From an uncultured delta proteobacterium (GTDB taxonomy: Bacteria; Myxococcota_A; UBA9160; SMWR01), in contig CAWHTE010000001.1 of the NCBI GenBank assembly GCA_963832165.1, positions 288,001-352,000 on the forward strand: DNA of 64,000 nt, given 5' to 3'. Both the position numbers and the translations under genes were made by a program. Within the stretch, counting starts at the first letter, position 1, and the number at the start of each line of letters is the position of its first letter. The notes beneath the pieces were generated by a model that saw nothing but the letters and a program-made list of their open reading frames with translations, was not told the origin of the DNA and made no database searches. Shown here in pieces: positions 37,469 through 47,312 of the stretch.

Positions 37469-38635
37469 ATGAGCCGATCCGGAGAGCGCCTGGTCGCGAT
37501 CGACTGGCTGCGCGGTTTCGTGATGATGGTGATGGCGGTCGATCATGCCTCGGTGATGTTCAACACGGGGCGCGCCGCGATCGATTCGCCGTATCCGATC
37601 GAGGCGTTCTTCGAGCCGGCGTGGGTGCCCGGTTCGCCGCTGGGCGCGGCGCAGTTCTACACGCGCTGGATCACGCACCTGTGCGCGCCCACCTTCCTGT
37701 TCCTGTCGGGCACGTCGCTCGCGCTCTCCACGGCGGGCCGCGTCGCGCGCGGGATTGCGCCACTCGCGATCGATCGACACCTGATCGCGCGCGGCCTGGT
37801 GCTGATCGCGCTCGAAGTGGTCTGGCTCTCGCTCGGTCCGAGTGCACAGATCGGACACTACTTCCTCGTATTCCAGGTTCTCTACGCGATCGGGTTCTCG
37901 CTGTGCGCGATGGCGCTGCTGCGCCGTCTGCCCGCATCCGTGCTCGTAGGGATCGCACTGGTCTGGCTCGCGGGCAGCGAGCTCGTCACGCTCGCGATCG
38001 CGCCGGCCGGCGTGAGCGCGCACGGCGTGGCTGCGCTGCTCTTCGCGCCGGGCCGCGCTGGCCTCGCCGCGATCGCGTATCCGTCGCTCTCGTGGCTCGC
38101 GATGATGATGCTGGGCTGGGCGTTCGGCATCCACCTGACCGCTCTGCGCGCGAGCGGCGTACCCGCGTCGAGCGCTGCACCGCGCTGCGCGGCCGCCGGC
38201 GTCGCGGCGCTCGCGCTGTTCGTCGCCGTGCGCGCGGTGAATGGCTACGGGAACATGGCGGTGCTGCGCGACGACGGCTCGTTGATCCAGTGGCTCCACG
38301 TGAGCAAGTACCCACCGAGCCTCGCGTTCAGCGCGCTCGAGCTCGGCTCGATGGCGCTCGTGCTCGCGGGTCTGCTCGTCTTGCAGGCGCGGATCGCGGG
38401 TCCGCCGCGCGCGCGCAACCCATTCCTCGTGCTGGGCAAGACGGCGCTCTTCTTCTACCTGCTGCACTTCCTGTTGCTCGCGGTGGCCGCTGTCGCGACG
38501 GGCCTCGCGGCGCGCGGCGGGCTCGTACACACGTGGGTTGCGGCCGCGGGGGTCGTCGTCGCGCTCTACCCGGCGTGCCTCTGGTACGGGCGCTACAAGG
38601 CCGCGCATCCGGGTGGCATCACGCAATACATCTGA
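37469..38635 (+). CDS. DUF1624/HGSNAT-like membrane acyltransferase
   Basis: IDWLRGFVMMVMAVDH, TRWITHLCAPTF, KYPPSL, FFYLLH. Confidence 0.82.
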   Translation: MSRSGERLVAIDWLRGFVMMVMAVDHASVMFNTGRAAIDSPYPIEAFFEPAWVPGSPLGAAQFYTRWITHLCAPTFLFLSGTSLALSTAGRVARGIAPLAIDRHLIARGLVLIALEVVWLSLGPSAQIGHYFLVFQVLYAIGFSLCAMALLRRLPASVLVGIALVWLAGSELVTLAIAPAGVSAHGVAALLFAPGRAGLAAIAYPSLSWLAMMMLGWAFGIHLTALRASGVPASSAAPRCAAAGVAALALFVAVRAVNGYGNMAVLRDDGSLIQWLHVSKYPPSLAFSALELGSMALVLAGLLVLQARIAGPPRARNPFLVLGKTALFFYLLHFLLLAVAAVATGLAARGGLVHTWVAAAGVVVALYPACLWYGRYKAAHPGGITQYI

Positions 38636-41600
38636 TCAGCCGCCGAGCGCGGCGATCAGCGATGCGCGCCACTCCTCCCATTCCGGATCCGGTGCGAGCG
38701 CGCGCAGCTGGTCCAGGACCTCTTGCCGCCACGGATCCGCGATCGGTCGATTCCCGTTCGCGATCATCAACTCGGTGAGTGCTCCGAGCGCGGCCGTGGC
38801 CGCGCCTTCGCGTGCGTGGGCGCGGGCGCGCGTGACGTACCACTCGGGGCGATCCGCGCCGCGCGCGATCAGGCCGTCGAGCAGCTCGCCGGACTCGCGG
38901 GCATCGCCGATCTGCGCGCGCCACGCCGCGCGCAGCCAGCGCGCATCCGCGCCGAGCGGGTGCTCGAGCGGGATCTCCGCGAGCGCGCCGTCGGCGGCGC
39001 GCAGCGCATCCCACGCCTTCGTTGCGAGGTTTCGCCAGCCCGCGACGACCGCGCGTTCCACAGGCGTCTCGATCCACCCCTCGGCCACGTCGACCACGCG
39101 CTGCGCGAGGATACGCGGGCGCATGAGCTGGTAGAACCATCCGCGCGCTTCGAACGCATCGGGGTCCTCGTGATGGAGCAGGGCGAGTAGCGCCACGGGA
39201 CCCGCACGCGTCGACGTGACCATGCTCAGCGCTTCCGATCGCGCGCGCTCTCCCACGACCGCCTGCGCCGCGCGCTCGGCGCGCCGCGGGTTGCCCAGCT
39301 CGAGCAGCCGGCGCACGAGGTAGAGCTGGTCGGCATCGGGGCGCGCCGCTGCGATCGCGTCGACGCGATCCAGCTCGGGCTGCTCTGCCGAAGCGAGCGT
39401 CCGCCGCGAACGCAGGAGATCCGGCGAGCGCATCTGGAGCCAGTTGCGGTCGTCCGTGTTCAGCGGCGCGCCTGCGGAAAATTCGCGGCAGCCAGATTCG
39501 TCGAGCAGCAGCGCCAGATCCACGTCGAGCGGCGACGCGATACCGAGCGCCGCCATCCGCGCCGGATCGCGCGCCACTTCGCTGCGGATCCATCCGGCGT
39601 CGCGCGCGAGCGGCGCGTGCGAGGCCGCGAACAGAAGGTCACCGCCGAGCGGGCGATAGACCTGCACGTGGGGCCAGGTCGCGAGCAGCGTCGCCACCAG
39701 GCTCTTCAGCAGCTCTTCGTTGATGAACGCGGCTCCCATCCACTGCACGAGGACGCCGCCTTCCGCGAGCCGCGTATCGACGAGCGCGAAGAACTCGCGC
39801 GTGTAGAGGTGGGAGGATCCCGCCGTCCACGGATGCGAGGCTTGCGCCACGATCGCGTCGAAGCGCTCGCCCGAGAGCAGGAGTGCGCTGCGCGCGTCGT
39901 TCACGACGATGCGCACGCGCGGATCCGCGAGCGGATCGCTCACGCGCCTGGCCCCGATCGCGCGATTCGCGGCGACGATCGCGCGCTCGATCTCGACCAC
40001 GTCGATCTGCGCGACGCGGCCCGGGATCGCCTCGAGGTGTACCCCCCCGCCGAGTCCCACCGAGGCGAGTCGGGCGGTGTCGGGGCGCAAGAGCGGCGCG
40101 AGCGCGCCGAGCCAGCGCGTGGAGGTGCCGGCGCGCCGCAGCGAGGGCGCCGCGATGATCAGCGACTCGGGCAGCCCGTTGCTGCGCAGCCGCCAGCGCG
40201 CGGGCCCCGCATCGGCGAGCAGCACCGTTCCGCTGCGCCCCACCTCGTAGTAACGGATCGCGGCGTCCGACTCGCTTCCCACCGGCAACGGCGAGGAGAA
40301 GAGCAGCTTCCAGGGCTCCGCCGGACGGATGGCAGCGACGAGCAGCAGCGCCGCGAGCGGCAGCGCCACTGCGCTGACGCCCGCGCGCAGCGCGAGCAGC
40401 GCGAACGCTGCGAGTGCGGCGCTCGTGGCCGCGAGCAGCTGCACCGTGCCGCCGAACGCGAGCGCGGGCAGCGTCCAGTAGGCGCACGAGATCGCGCCCG
40501 CGATCGCGCCGGCCGTATTCCACGCGTAGGCGCGCGCGGTCGCGTTCCCCGCATGCTCGGGGCGCTCGGCGAGCAGTCGCACGCCGGCCGGGAACGCGAT
40601 GCCGAAGCAGAACGCGGAGGGCAGCAGCGCGCACAGCGCAATCGCCGCGTGCAGCGCGAGTCCGCCCCCGGATTCGAGCCGGGGCGCGGCCCAGCTGGGC
40701 AGCCACGCGAGCATCTGGAACGAGGCGAGTGCGGTCGCACACGCGCCGAGCTGCGCGCCCGCCACCGTCCAGCCCGCGCGCCGCGCATCGTTTGCGAACC
40801 CGGCCGCGACCGCCGCGCCCGCGGTGATCCCGAGCAGAAAGCTCGCGAGCATGACCGCGAAGGAATAGATGCTGCCGCCGAGCAGATGGGACAAGAGGCG
40901 CGTCCAGAGCACCTCATAGGAGAACGAGACCCAGCCCGACACGGCGAGCAGCGGCAGCACCCAGCGCGCGGCGAGCGCGGGACGCGCGGGGGAGGGCGCG
41001 TCGCTCGCGAGCTGCGGCTCGACGGTACCGCGCGCGATCCACGCGGCGAATCCGAACACACACGCGTTGATCGCGACGGCGAACCAGATCGTCGCGCGCA
41101 GGCCGAGCGCGGGCAGCAGCGCGAAGGCCGTCGCAACCGTTCCGCACACGGCGCCCGCGGTGTTGAGCGCGTAGAGCGCACCCACGCGCGAGCCGATCTC
41201 TCCTTCGCGCCGCACGGCGTGCTTTGCGAGCAGCGGAAGCGTCGCGCCCATGAATGCCGTCGGAATCATGAGGATCAAGAACGAGGCGGACAGGCTGAAC
41301 AGCGACGGGAGCACTTCCTCGCCGGGCAGCTCCGCGCGGCCGCCGAACAGCGCGAGCAGCGCCGCGCGCGCCGCTGCGAGCCCGGCTGGGATCGCGAGCG
41401 CCGAAACGGCGATGCCGAGCTCGAGCAGGCCGTAGGCGAGCACGGGACGCGCGACGCGCGGCGCGAGTCGCCCGCCCGCGACGGATCCCGCGGCCAGACC
41501 CGCCATGTAGGCCGCGAGCACTACGGCGATCGCGAGCTCGGAGGTGCCGAACACGAACGCGAACTCGCGCGTCCACGCGGTCTGGTATACGAGCGCCGCG

Positions 41601-41662
41601 AAGCCGGAGAGCGCGAAGCACGCGCCTAGCGCGGCGAAGTGCGCGGCTCCGCGTGTCGCCAG
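38636..41662 (-). CDS. Fused MFS-like membrane domain/spermidine synthase-like methyltransferase with helical C-terminus
   Basis: FALSGFAALVYQ, MGATLP, LYALNTAG, VGLGGG, VVEIE, VNDAR, LYTREFF. Start inferred at CTG 41662. Confidence 0.85.
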   Translation of the reverse strand: MATRGAAHFAALGACFALSGFAALVYQTAWTREFAFVFGTSELAIAVVLAAYMAGLAAGSVAGGRLAPRVARPVLAYGLLELGIAVSALAIPAGLAAARAALLALFGGRAELPGEEVLPSLFSLSASFLILMIPTAFMGATLPLLAKHAVRREGEIGSRVGALYALNTAGAVCGTVATAFALLPALGLRATIWFAVAINACVFGFAAWIARGTVEPQLASDAPSPARPALAARWVLPLLAVSGWVSFSYEVLWTRLLSHLLGGSIYSFAVMLASFLLGITAGAAVAAGFANDARRAGWTVAGAQLGACATALASFQMLAWLPSWAAPRLESGGGLALHAAIALCALLPSAFCFGIAFPAGVRLLAERPEHAGNATARAYAWNTAGAIAGAISCAYWTLPALAFGGTVQLLAATSAALAAFALLALRAGVSAVALPLAALLLVAAIRPAEPWKLLFSSPLPVGSESDAAIRYYEVGRSGTVLLADAGPARWRLRSNGLPESLIIAAPSLRRAGTSTRWLGALAPLLRPDTARLASVGLGGGVHLEAIPGRVAQIDVVEIERAIVAANRAIGARRVSDPLADPRVRIVVNDARSALLLSGERFDAIVAQASHPWTAGSSHLYTREFFALVDTRLAEGGVLVQWMGAAFINEELLKSLVATLLATWPHVQVYRPLGGDLLFAASHAPLARDAGWIRSEVARDPARMAALGIASPLDVDLALLLDESGCREFSAGAPLNTDDRNWLQMRSPDLLRSRRTLASAEQPELDRVDAIAAARPDADQLYLVRRLLELGNPRRAERAAQAVVGERARSEALSMVTSTRAGPVALLALLHHEDPDAFEARGWFYQLMRPRILAQRVVDVAEGWIETPVERAVVAGWRNLATKAWDALRAADGALAEIPLEHPLGADARWLRAAWRAQIGDARESGELLDGLIARGADRPEWYVTRARAHAREGAATAALGALTELMIANGNRPIADPWRQEVLDQLRALAPDPEWEEWRASLIAALGG

Positions 41663-41665
41663 GGA

Positions 41666-42436
41666 TCAGGCCTCCATCTTGGGATCGCGCGCGCGCGACA
41701 TGATCGCGATGTCGTCGACGAAGCCGTCCACCGCGATCACCGACAGGATCGCCTCTGCGAGCACGGACAGGGTCATCATCGTCGACGCCGGGAACAGGTT
41801 GCGGGTGACCCACACGTTCATCGCCTCGGCCATAGCATCGGAGCTCCAGCCGCTCGCGAACCCGGTGCCCCCGGTATTGCCCACCACCACGCGCGTGAAG
41901 TCGACGTCGGGGTGCTCCATGCGCCAGCACTCGATCAGCGCGTCGAGCGCGACCTTCGAGACGCGATAGAGCCCGAGGCCCGGCAGCGACTGGCGCACTG
42001 CGTACGACGAGATGTATACGGCGCGGCCACCGCTCTCGCGCAGGTGGGGCAGCGCGGCCGCGGTGATCTGCGAAGCGCCGATCAGGTTCACGTCGAGCAC
42101 GCGGCGCCACTCCGGCGTGCTCGCCTTCTCGAGCATCACGAGCGGCGACATTCCGGTCGCATACACGAGCGCATCGATGCCTCCGAACACGCTCACGGTT
42201 TGATGCACGGCGCGCGCGCAGTCGTCGTTCGCCGTCACGTCGCAGGATACGGCGAGCGCTTCGTTCTTGGCCTCCGCGACCGCGCTCTCGAGCAGCTCGC
42301 GACGCCGCGCTGCAAACGCCACGCGCGCGCCAGCGCGGCTCGCGGCGAGGCCCACCTCGCGGCCGACACCGCTCGACGCGCCGATCACGAGAACCCGCCG
42401 GCCGGAGAGGTCGTATTGGACGCCCACCCCCTCCAC
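41666..42436 (-). CDS. Short-chain dehydrogenase/reductase
   Basis: GASSGVG, YRVSK. Confidence 0.88.
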   Translation of the reverse strand: MEGVGVQYDLSGRRVLVIGASSGVGREVGLAASRAGARVAFAARRRELLESAVAEAKNEALAVSCDVTANDDCARAVHQTVSVFGGIDALVYATGMSPLVMLEKASTPEWRRVLDVNLIGASQITAAALPHLRESGGRAVYISSYAVRQSLPGLGLYRVSKVALDALIECWRMEHPDVDFTRVVVGNTGGTGFASGWSSDAMAEAMNVWVTRNLFPASTMMTLSVLAEAILSVIAVDGFVDDIAIMSRARDPKMEA

Positions 42437-42480
42437 TCTACAGGCTCTGCGCTCGGTGCGGACCCGTTAGAATGATTTCG

Positions 42481-43182
42481 ATGCCGATCTTCCGACTCGG
42501 CCGCGAGGTCGCGTTCCCGCCTGCGGAGGAGAGCGACCCGTCCGGTCTGCTCGCGGTGGGCGGCGATCTTTCGCCGGAGCGGCTCCTGCTCGCCTACGCG
42601 TCGGGGATCTTCCCGTGGTATTCCGACGATCAGCCGATCCTGTGGCACTCCCCGGATCCGCGCGCGGTGCTTCGGCCCGGCGATCTCCATGTGCCGAAGA
42701 GCCTCGCCAAGACGCTGCGCCGCGGCCGGTTCGAGGTGAGACTCGACACCTCGTTCGAAGAGGTGATCCGGAGCTGTGCGGAGGCACCTCGGCCGGGCGG
42801 CGGCGGCGGCACGTGGATCACGCCGGACATGCTGCGCGCCTACTGCGAGCTGCATCGGCTCGGCTTCGCGCACTCGGCGGAGGCGTACGTGGGCGATCGG
42901 CTCGTCGGAGGGCTCTACGGCGTGTCGCTCGGCAGCGTCTTCTTCGGCGAGTCGATGTTCGCGCGCGAGCCCGACGCGTCGAAGGTCGCCTTCGTGCTGC
43001 TCGTGCGTCAGCTCGAGCGCTGGGGCTTCGACCTGATCGACTGCCAGCAGCACACGCGCCACCTCGCGCGCTTCGGGGCGGTGGTGTGGTCGCGTCGGTG
43101 CTACTTGGATGCACTCGCGCGCTGCATCGAGCGTCCGACCCGGTACGGCGCATGGAAGTTCTCAGCCGAGGAGACAGCATGA
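42481..43182 (+). CDS. aat: Leucyl/phenylalanyl-tRNA-protein transferase
   Basis: GLLAVGGDL, GIFPW, WHSPDPR, GGLYGV, FFGESMF, ASKVA. Confidence 0.95.
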   Translation: MPIFRLGREVAFPPAEESDPSGLLAVGGDLSPERLLLAYASGIFPWYSDDQPILWHSPDPRAVLRPGDLHVPKSLAKTLRRGRFEVRLDTSFEEVIRSCAEAPRPGGGGGTWITPDMLRAYCELHRLGFAHSAEAYVGDRLVGGLYGVSLGSVFFGESMFAREPDASKVAFVLLVRQLERWGFDLIDCQQHTRHLARFGAVVWSRRCYLDALARCIERPTRYGAWKFSAEETA

Positions 43183-44045
43183 CGCAGGCGAACACAGCGA
43201 CGGGACCCAACGCGGAGCAGATCGAGTACTGGAACTCGAGCCAGGCCCAGAAGTGGGTGGCGCTCCAGGAGCGACTCGACGCGCTGATCGAGCCGTTCGG
43301 CGCGCTCGCGATCGAACGCGCGGAGCTCTCCCTGCGCGACCGCGTGATCGACGTCGGCTGCGGCTGCGGCGCGACGAGTCTCGCGCTCGCCGAGCGCGTG
43401 GGACCCTTCGGACGCGTGCTCGGCATCGACGTGTCGGCGATCATGCTCGAGCGCGCGCGCGAGCGCGCGCAGCGCGAGGGCGCGCCGCAGGCCGAGTTCG
43501 AGAACGCCGATGCGCAGACGCACGCGTTCGAAGCGGGTGAGTGGGACTGCGCCTACTCCCGCTTCGGCGTGATGTTCTTCGCCGATCCGACGCGAGCGTT
43601 CGCGAACCTGCGCACGGCGCTGCGGCGCGGCGGCCGCGTGTCGTTCGCGTGCTGGCGTTCGTTCCCGGAGAATCCGTGGATGACGGTGCCGTTCGCGGCG
43701 CTCGCGACCTTCCTGGCGCCGCCGCCACCGCCGCCGCCGGGAGCACCCGGGCCGTTCTCGTTCGGAGATCCGGAGCGCGTGCGCGGCATTCTCGACGGAG
43801 CCGGATTCGAGAAGGTCGAGCTCGCGCCGCACGACGGCTCGCTCACGCTCGGAAACGATCTCGACGAGGCCGTGGGATTCACACTCTCCATGGGACCCGC
43901 GAGCCGCCTGCTCGAGAACGCATCTGCGGCCGAGCGCACGCGCGCCGAGCGCGTGGTACGCGCCGCGCTTGCGCCTCACGCGAGCGGCGGAGCCGTCTCG
44001 CTTTCGGGCGCGATCTGGCTGGTCACCGCTCGCAACCCGGGCTGA
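43179..44045 (+). CDS. Class I SAM-dependent methyltransferase
   Basis: VIDVGCGCG, GIDVS, SRFGVMFFADP. Confidence 0.9.
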   Translation: MTQANTATGPNAEQIEYWNSSQAQKWVALQERLDALIEPFGALAIERAELSLRDRVIDVGCGCGATSLALAERVGPFGRVLGIDVSAIMLERARERAQREGAPQAEFENADAQTHAFEAGEWDCAYSRFGVMFFADPTRAFANLRTALRRGGRVSFACWRSFPENPWMTVPFAALATFLAPPPPPPPGAPGPFSFGDPERVRGILDGAGFEKVELAPHDGSLTLGNDLDEAVGFTLSMGPASRLLENASAAERTRAERVVRAALAPHASGGAVSLSGAIWLVTARNPG

Positions 44046-44088
44046 TCGCGGCGCGCGCGCGCCGATGCTCAGCTGCGCGCGACTTCGA

Positions 44089-44802
44089 CTAGTACCACGG
44101 CGACCATTCGACCGTGCGCAGGAGTCGGCTCTCCCAGCGGTCGCGCAAGCCAAGCGCGTCGTGCATCCATGTGCCCGGCTCCTTGTAGCGCGCGGGAACC
44201 TCGGACGAGAGCAGCGGCGCGAGTCCGCGCGGCTCCGTGATCTTCTGCCAGAGCACGATCTCGCGGCGCAGCCCCGCGCCGAACGCGGTGCGGAAGCCGC
44301 CCAGGATCGTGAGCAGCGTTCCGCCGCGCTCGGCGTTGCGCCGCATCTCGGCGAGATAGTGGTCGCCCGAGCGCGCCACGTAGGTCTCGAGCTGATCCTC
44401 GTCGGGCCAGACCGTGTCCTCCATGAACAGCGAGAGCTCGTGGACCGGTGGCGCCTCGCTCGGCACCGTGGCCAGATCGATGTCCTGGAGCGGCGACCAC
44501 GGCAGCGGCACGAGCAGCTTGGCGGTGACGTCGTGGCGCAGCGCGTCGAGCGCGCGCGCTTCGTCGCGCAGATCCCCGCGGTCGATGCGCTCGGTGGTGC
44601 GCCCCCAGGCCGCGGCATCGCGCACCGCCGTGATCGTCACCACGCGATACGACGCGCCCGAGCCGTGCGCGTGCTTGAGGAAGTAGAGCAGGCGTGCGTC
44701 GGGGTCGCGCGCGAGCGCGGGCACCCAACGCGTGCGCACCGCGTGCTCGAAGGCGTCTTCCTCGCGGCCGCGAACCTCGTGGAGCTCGTGGACGAGGATC
44801 AC
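44089..44802 (-). CDS. Hypothetical protein, NIPSNAP-like dimeric alpha+beta barrel
   Basis: Two similar halves (HELHEV.../MEDTV...), C-terminal RWESRLLR. Confidence 0.65.
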   Translation of the reverse strand: MILVHELHEVRGREEDAFEHAVRTRWVPALARDPDARLLYFLKHAHGSGASYRVVTITAVRDAAAWGRTTERIDRGDLRDEARALDALRHDVTAKLLVPLPWSPLQDIDLATVPSEAPPVHELSLFMEDTVWPDEDQLETYVARSGDHYLAEMRRNAERGGTLLTILGGFRTAFGAGLRREIVLWQKITEPRGLAPLLSSEVPARYKEPGTWMHDALGLRDRWESRLLRTVEWSPWY

Positions 44803-44815
44803 GTCGATCGCCGCG

Positions 44816-46603
44816 CTAGCTCTTCGCCGCTTCCAGTCGCTCGCGCATCGCGTCGAGCTCGGCCACGAGCGCTTCGGGCATGCGATCGCCGAACTGCGCG
44901 TAGTACTCGCGCACGAGCGGCACCTCCGAGAGCCAGCCGTCGACGTCGACGCGCAGGAGCTGCGCGAGATCCTCTCGGCTGACTTCGAGCCCGTCGAGAT
45001 CGAGCGCACCGTTCGCGGGCAGGTTGCCGATCGCCGTCTCGACCGCCTTCGCGGTGCCCTCGCAGCGCTCGAACACCCACTTGAGCACGCGGCTGTTCTC
45101 GCCGAAGCCCGGCCACAGGAAGTCGCCGCCGTCGCTCTTCCGGAACCAGTTGACGTAGTAGATCTTCGGCAGCACGGCGCCCGCGCGACGTCCGATCGAG
45201 AGCCAGTGGTTCCAGTAATCGGCCATGTTGTATCCGCAGAACGGCAGCATGGCCATCGGATCGCGGCGCAGCTCACCGATCTTGCCCGCGGCCGCGGCGG
45301 TCTTCTCGCTCGAGATGATCGAGCCCAGGAACGCGCCGTGCTGCCAGTCGCGCGCTTCCGTCACGAGCGGCACGACCGTGGCGCGCCGCCCGCCGAACAG
45401 GATCGCGCTGATCGGAACGCCCTTCGGGTCCTCCCACTCGGGCGCGATCACGGGGCACTGCCGCGCGGGCGCGGTGAAGCGCGCGTTCGGGTGCGCCGCC
45501 GGCTTGCCCTTCTTCGGAGTCCACGGCTCGCCGAGCCAGTCGGTGAGCTGTGCGGGGAGCTCCTTCGTCATCTCCTCCCACCAGACGTCGCCGTCGGGCG
45601 TGAGCGCGACGTTGGTGAAGATCGCGTTCTCCGTGAACGACTTCATCGCGTTCGGGTTCGACTTCATGCTCGTGCCCGGTGCGACGCCGAAGAAGCCGGC
45701 CTCGGGGTTGATCGCGTAGAGCCGGCCGTCCTTGCCGAACTTCATCCAGCAGATGTCGTCGCCGACGCACTCGACCTTCCAGCCCGGGATCGTGGGCGTG
45801 AGCATCGCGAGATTGGTCTTGCCGCACGCGCTCGGGAACGCGGCCGCGATGTAGCGCGACGTGCCGGCCGGGTTGGTGAGCTTCAGGATCAACATGTGCT
45901 CGGCGAGCCAGCCCTGATCGCGTGCCATCACCGACGCGATCCGCAGGGCGAAGCACTTCTTGCCGAGCAGCGCGTTGCCGCCGTAGCCCGAGCCGTACGA
46001 CCAGATCTCGCGCGTCTCCGGGAAGTGCACGATGTACTTGTTGTCGGCGTTGCAGGGCCAGGGCACGTCCTTCTGGCCGGGCGCGAGCGGCGCGCCGACG
46101 GAGTGCAGGCACGGCACGAACGCACCGTCCCCGAGCACGTCGAGCACCTTCTTCCCGACGCGCGTCATGATGTGCATGTTCGCCACGACATAGGGCGAAT
46201 CGCTGAGCTGGACGCCGATGTGCGCGATCGGCGAGCCGATCGGGCCCATGCTGAACGGAATCACGTAGAGCGTGCGGCCCTTCATCGAGCCCGCGAACAG
46301 CCGCAGGAGCTCTTTCTTCATCTCCACGGGCGCGCGCCAGTTGTTGGTCGGGCCCGCGTCTACCTGCTTCTCGGAGCAGATGAAGGTGCGGTCTTCCACA
46401 CGCGCGACGTCGGCGGGGTCGGACCAGACCAGATAGCTGTTGGGGCGCTTGGCGAGCTTTCTAGCGGTGCCACCCGCGACCATGAGCCGGATCATTTCGT
46501 CGTACTCGGCCTTCGACCCGTCGCACCAGTGCACCCGGTCGGGCTGGCAGAGGGACTCGATCTCGGCGACCCAGGAGTTCAGTTTCGCGTTCTGGCTGCT
46601 CAT
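44816..46603 (-). CDS. pckG: Phosphoenolpyruvate carboxykinase (GTP)
   Basis: [47 protein letters not shown]. Confidence 0.97.
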   Translation of the reverse strand: MSSQNAKLNSWVAEIESLCQPDRVHWCDGSKAEYDEMIRLMVAGGTARKLAKRPNSYLVWSDPADVARVEDRTFICSEKQVDAGPTNNWRAPVEMKKELLRLFAGSMKGRTLYVIPFSMGPIGSPIAHIGVQLSDSPYVVANMHIMTRVGKKVLDVLGDGAFVPCLHSVGAPLAPGQKDVPWPCNADNKYIVHFPETREIWSYGSGYGGNALLGKKCFALRIASVMARDQGWLAEHMLILKLTNPAGTSRYIAAAFPSACGKTNLAMLTPTIPGWKVECVGDDICWMKFGKDGRLYAINPEAGFFGVAPGTSMKSNPNAMKSFTENAIFTNVALTPDGDVWWEEMTKELPAQLTDWLGEPWTPKKGKPAAHPNARFTAPARQCPVIAPEWEDPKGVPISAILFGGRRATVVPLVTEARDWQHGAFLGSIISSEKTAAAAGKIGELRRDPMAMLPFCGYNMADYWNHWLSIGRRAGAVLPKIYYVNWFRKSDGGDFLWPGFGENSRVLKWVFERCEGTAKAVETAIGNLPANGALDLDGLEVSREDLAQLLRVDVDGWLSEVPLVREYYAQFGDRMPEALVAELDAMRERLEAAKS

Positions 46604-46835
46604 CGAAGCTTCCGGTGCTCCCTTTTGATCTTGAAACGCCCACGGGCCGAGCCCGAGGGGTGCGGGTCGGGATTCGCGGACGCGGTTCTTGCGGGAAGGC
46701 GCGATGTCGCGCGGAGGTGGGGCCCGCGGAGAACCGCGGAACCTTCATTATATCCGCAGTAGTGGGTCCGGCGCAGGAAAGGGTGGCGCGGGAACTGAAC
46801 TTTGCGCGCGGCCGCGACCGGTCCCCTCGGGGCCC

Positions 46836-47222
46836 CTATCCGAGTGCCGCGACGATCGCCCCGATCAGCCCGCCCAGCACCAAAACCGCGTTCGAGACGT
46901 AGGACAGGACGAACCCGGGCCCGCGCTTCGCGGGGTCGGCGACATAGCCGCGTGCGAATAGCGCGCGCCCGATCAGGAACACCACGCCGAGCCCCGCGGC
47001 GACGTCGGGCCTCACGTAGGCCGAAAACATCCAGAGACCGGGGAAGAAGATCACGAGTTGCTCGACGGTGTTGGCCTGGACCCGCGCCCAGCGCTCGAAT
47101 ACGGGATGGCCCGTCATCGCGGGGGCGGCCACCTCGTAGAGGCCGCGCGCGCGTCCGACGTACCGGATGATCACCATGTACTCGAGCAGCACGAGCGCCG
47201 CGACGATGGCCACCGCCTCCAT
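46836..47222 (-). CDS. MAPEG family membrane protein
   Basis: VGRAR...APAMTG...FERWARVQANTVEQ...GR...GY. Confidence 0.88.
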   Translation of the reverse strand: MEAVAIVAALVLLEYMVIIRYVGRARGLYEVAAPAMTGHPVFERWARVQANTVEQLVIFFPGLWMFSAYVRPDVAAGLGVVFLIGRALFARGYVADPAKRGPGFVLSYVSNAVLVLGGLIGAIVAALG

Positions 47223-47312
47223 GCCGTCCCCTCTTCTCGCGAGGCGCTCCGCGAGCGCACCCCGGCTCATAACATGACTGGGAGTCCCCTGACAACGGTT
47301 TCGGGGCCACCG

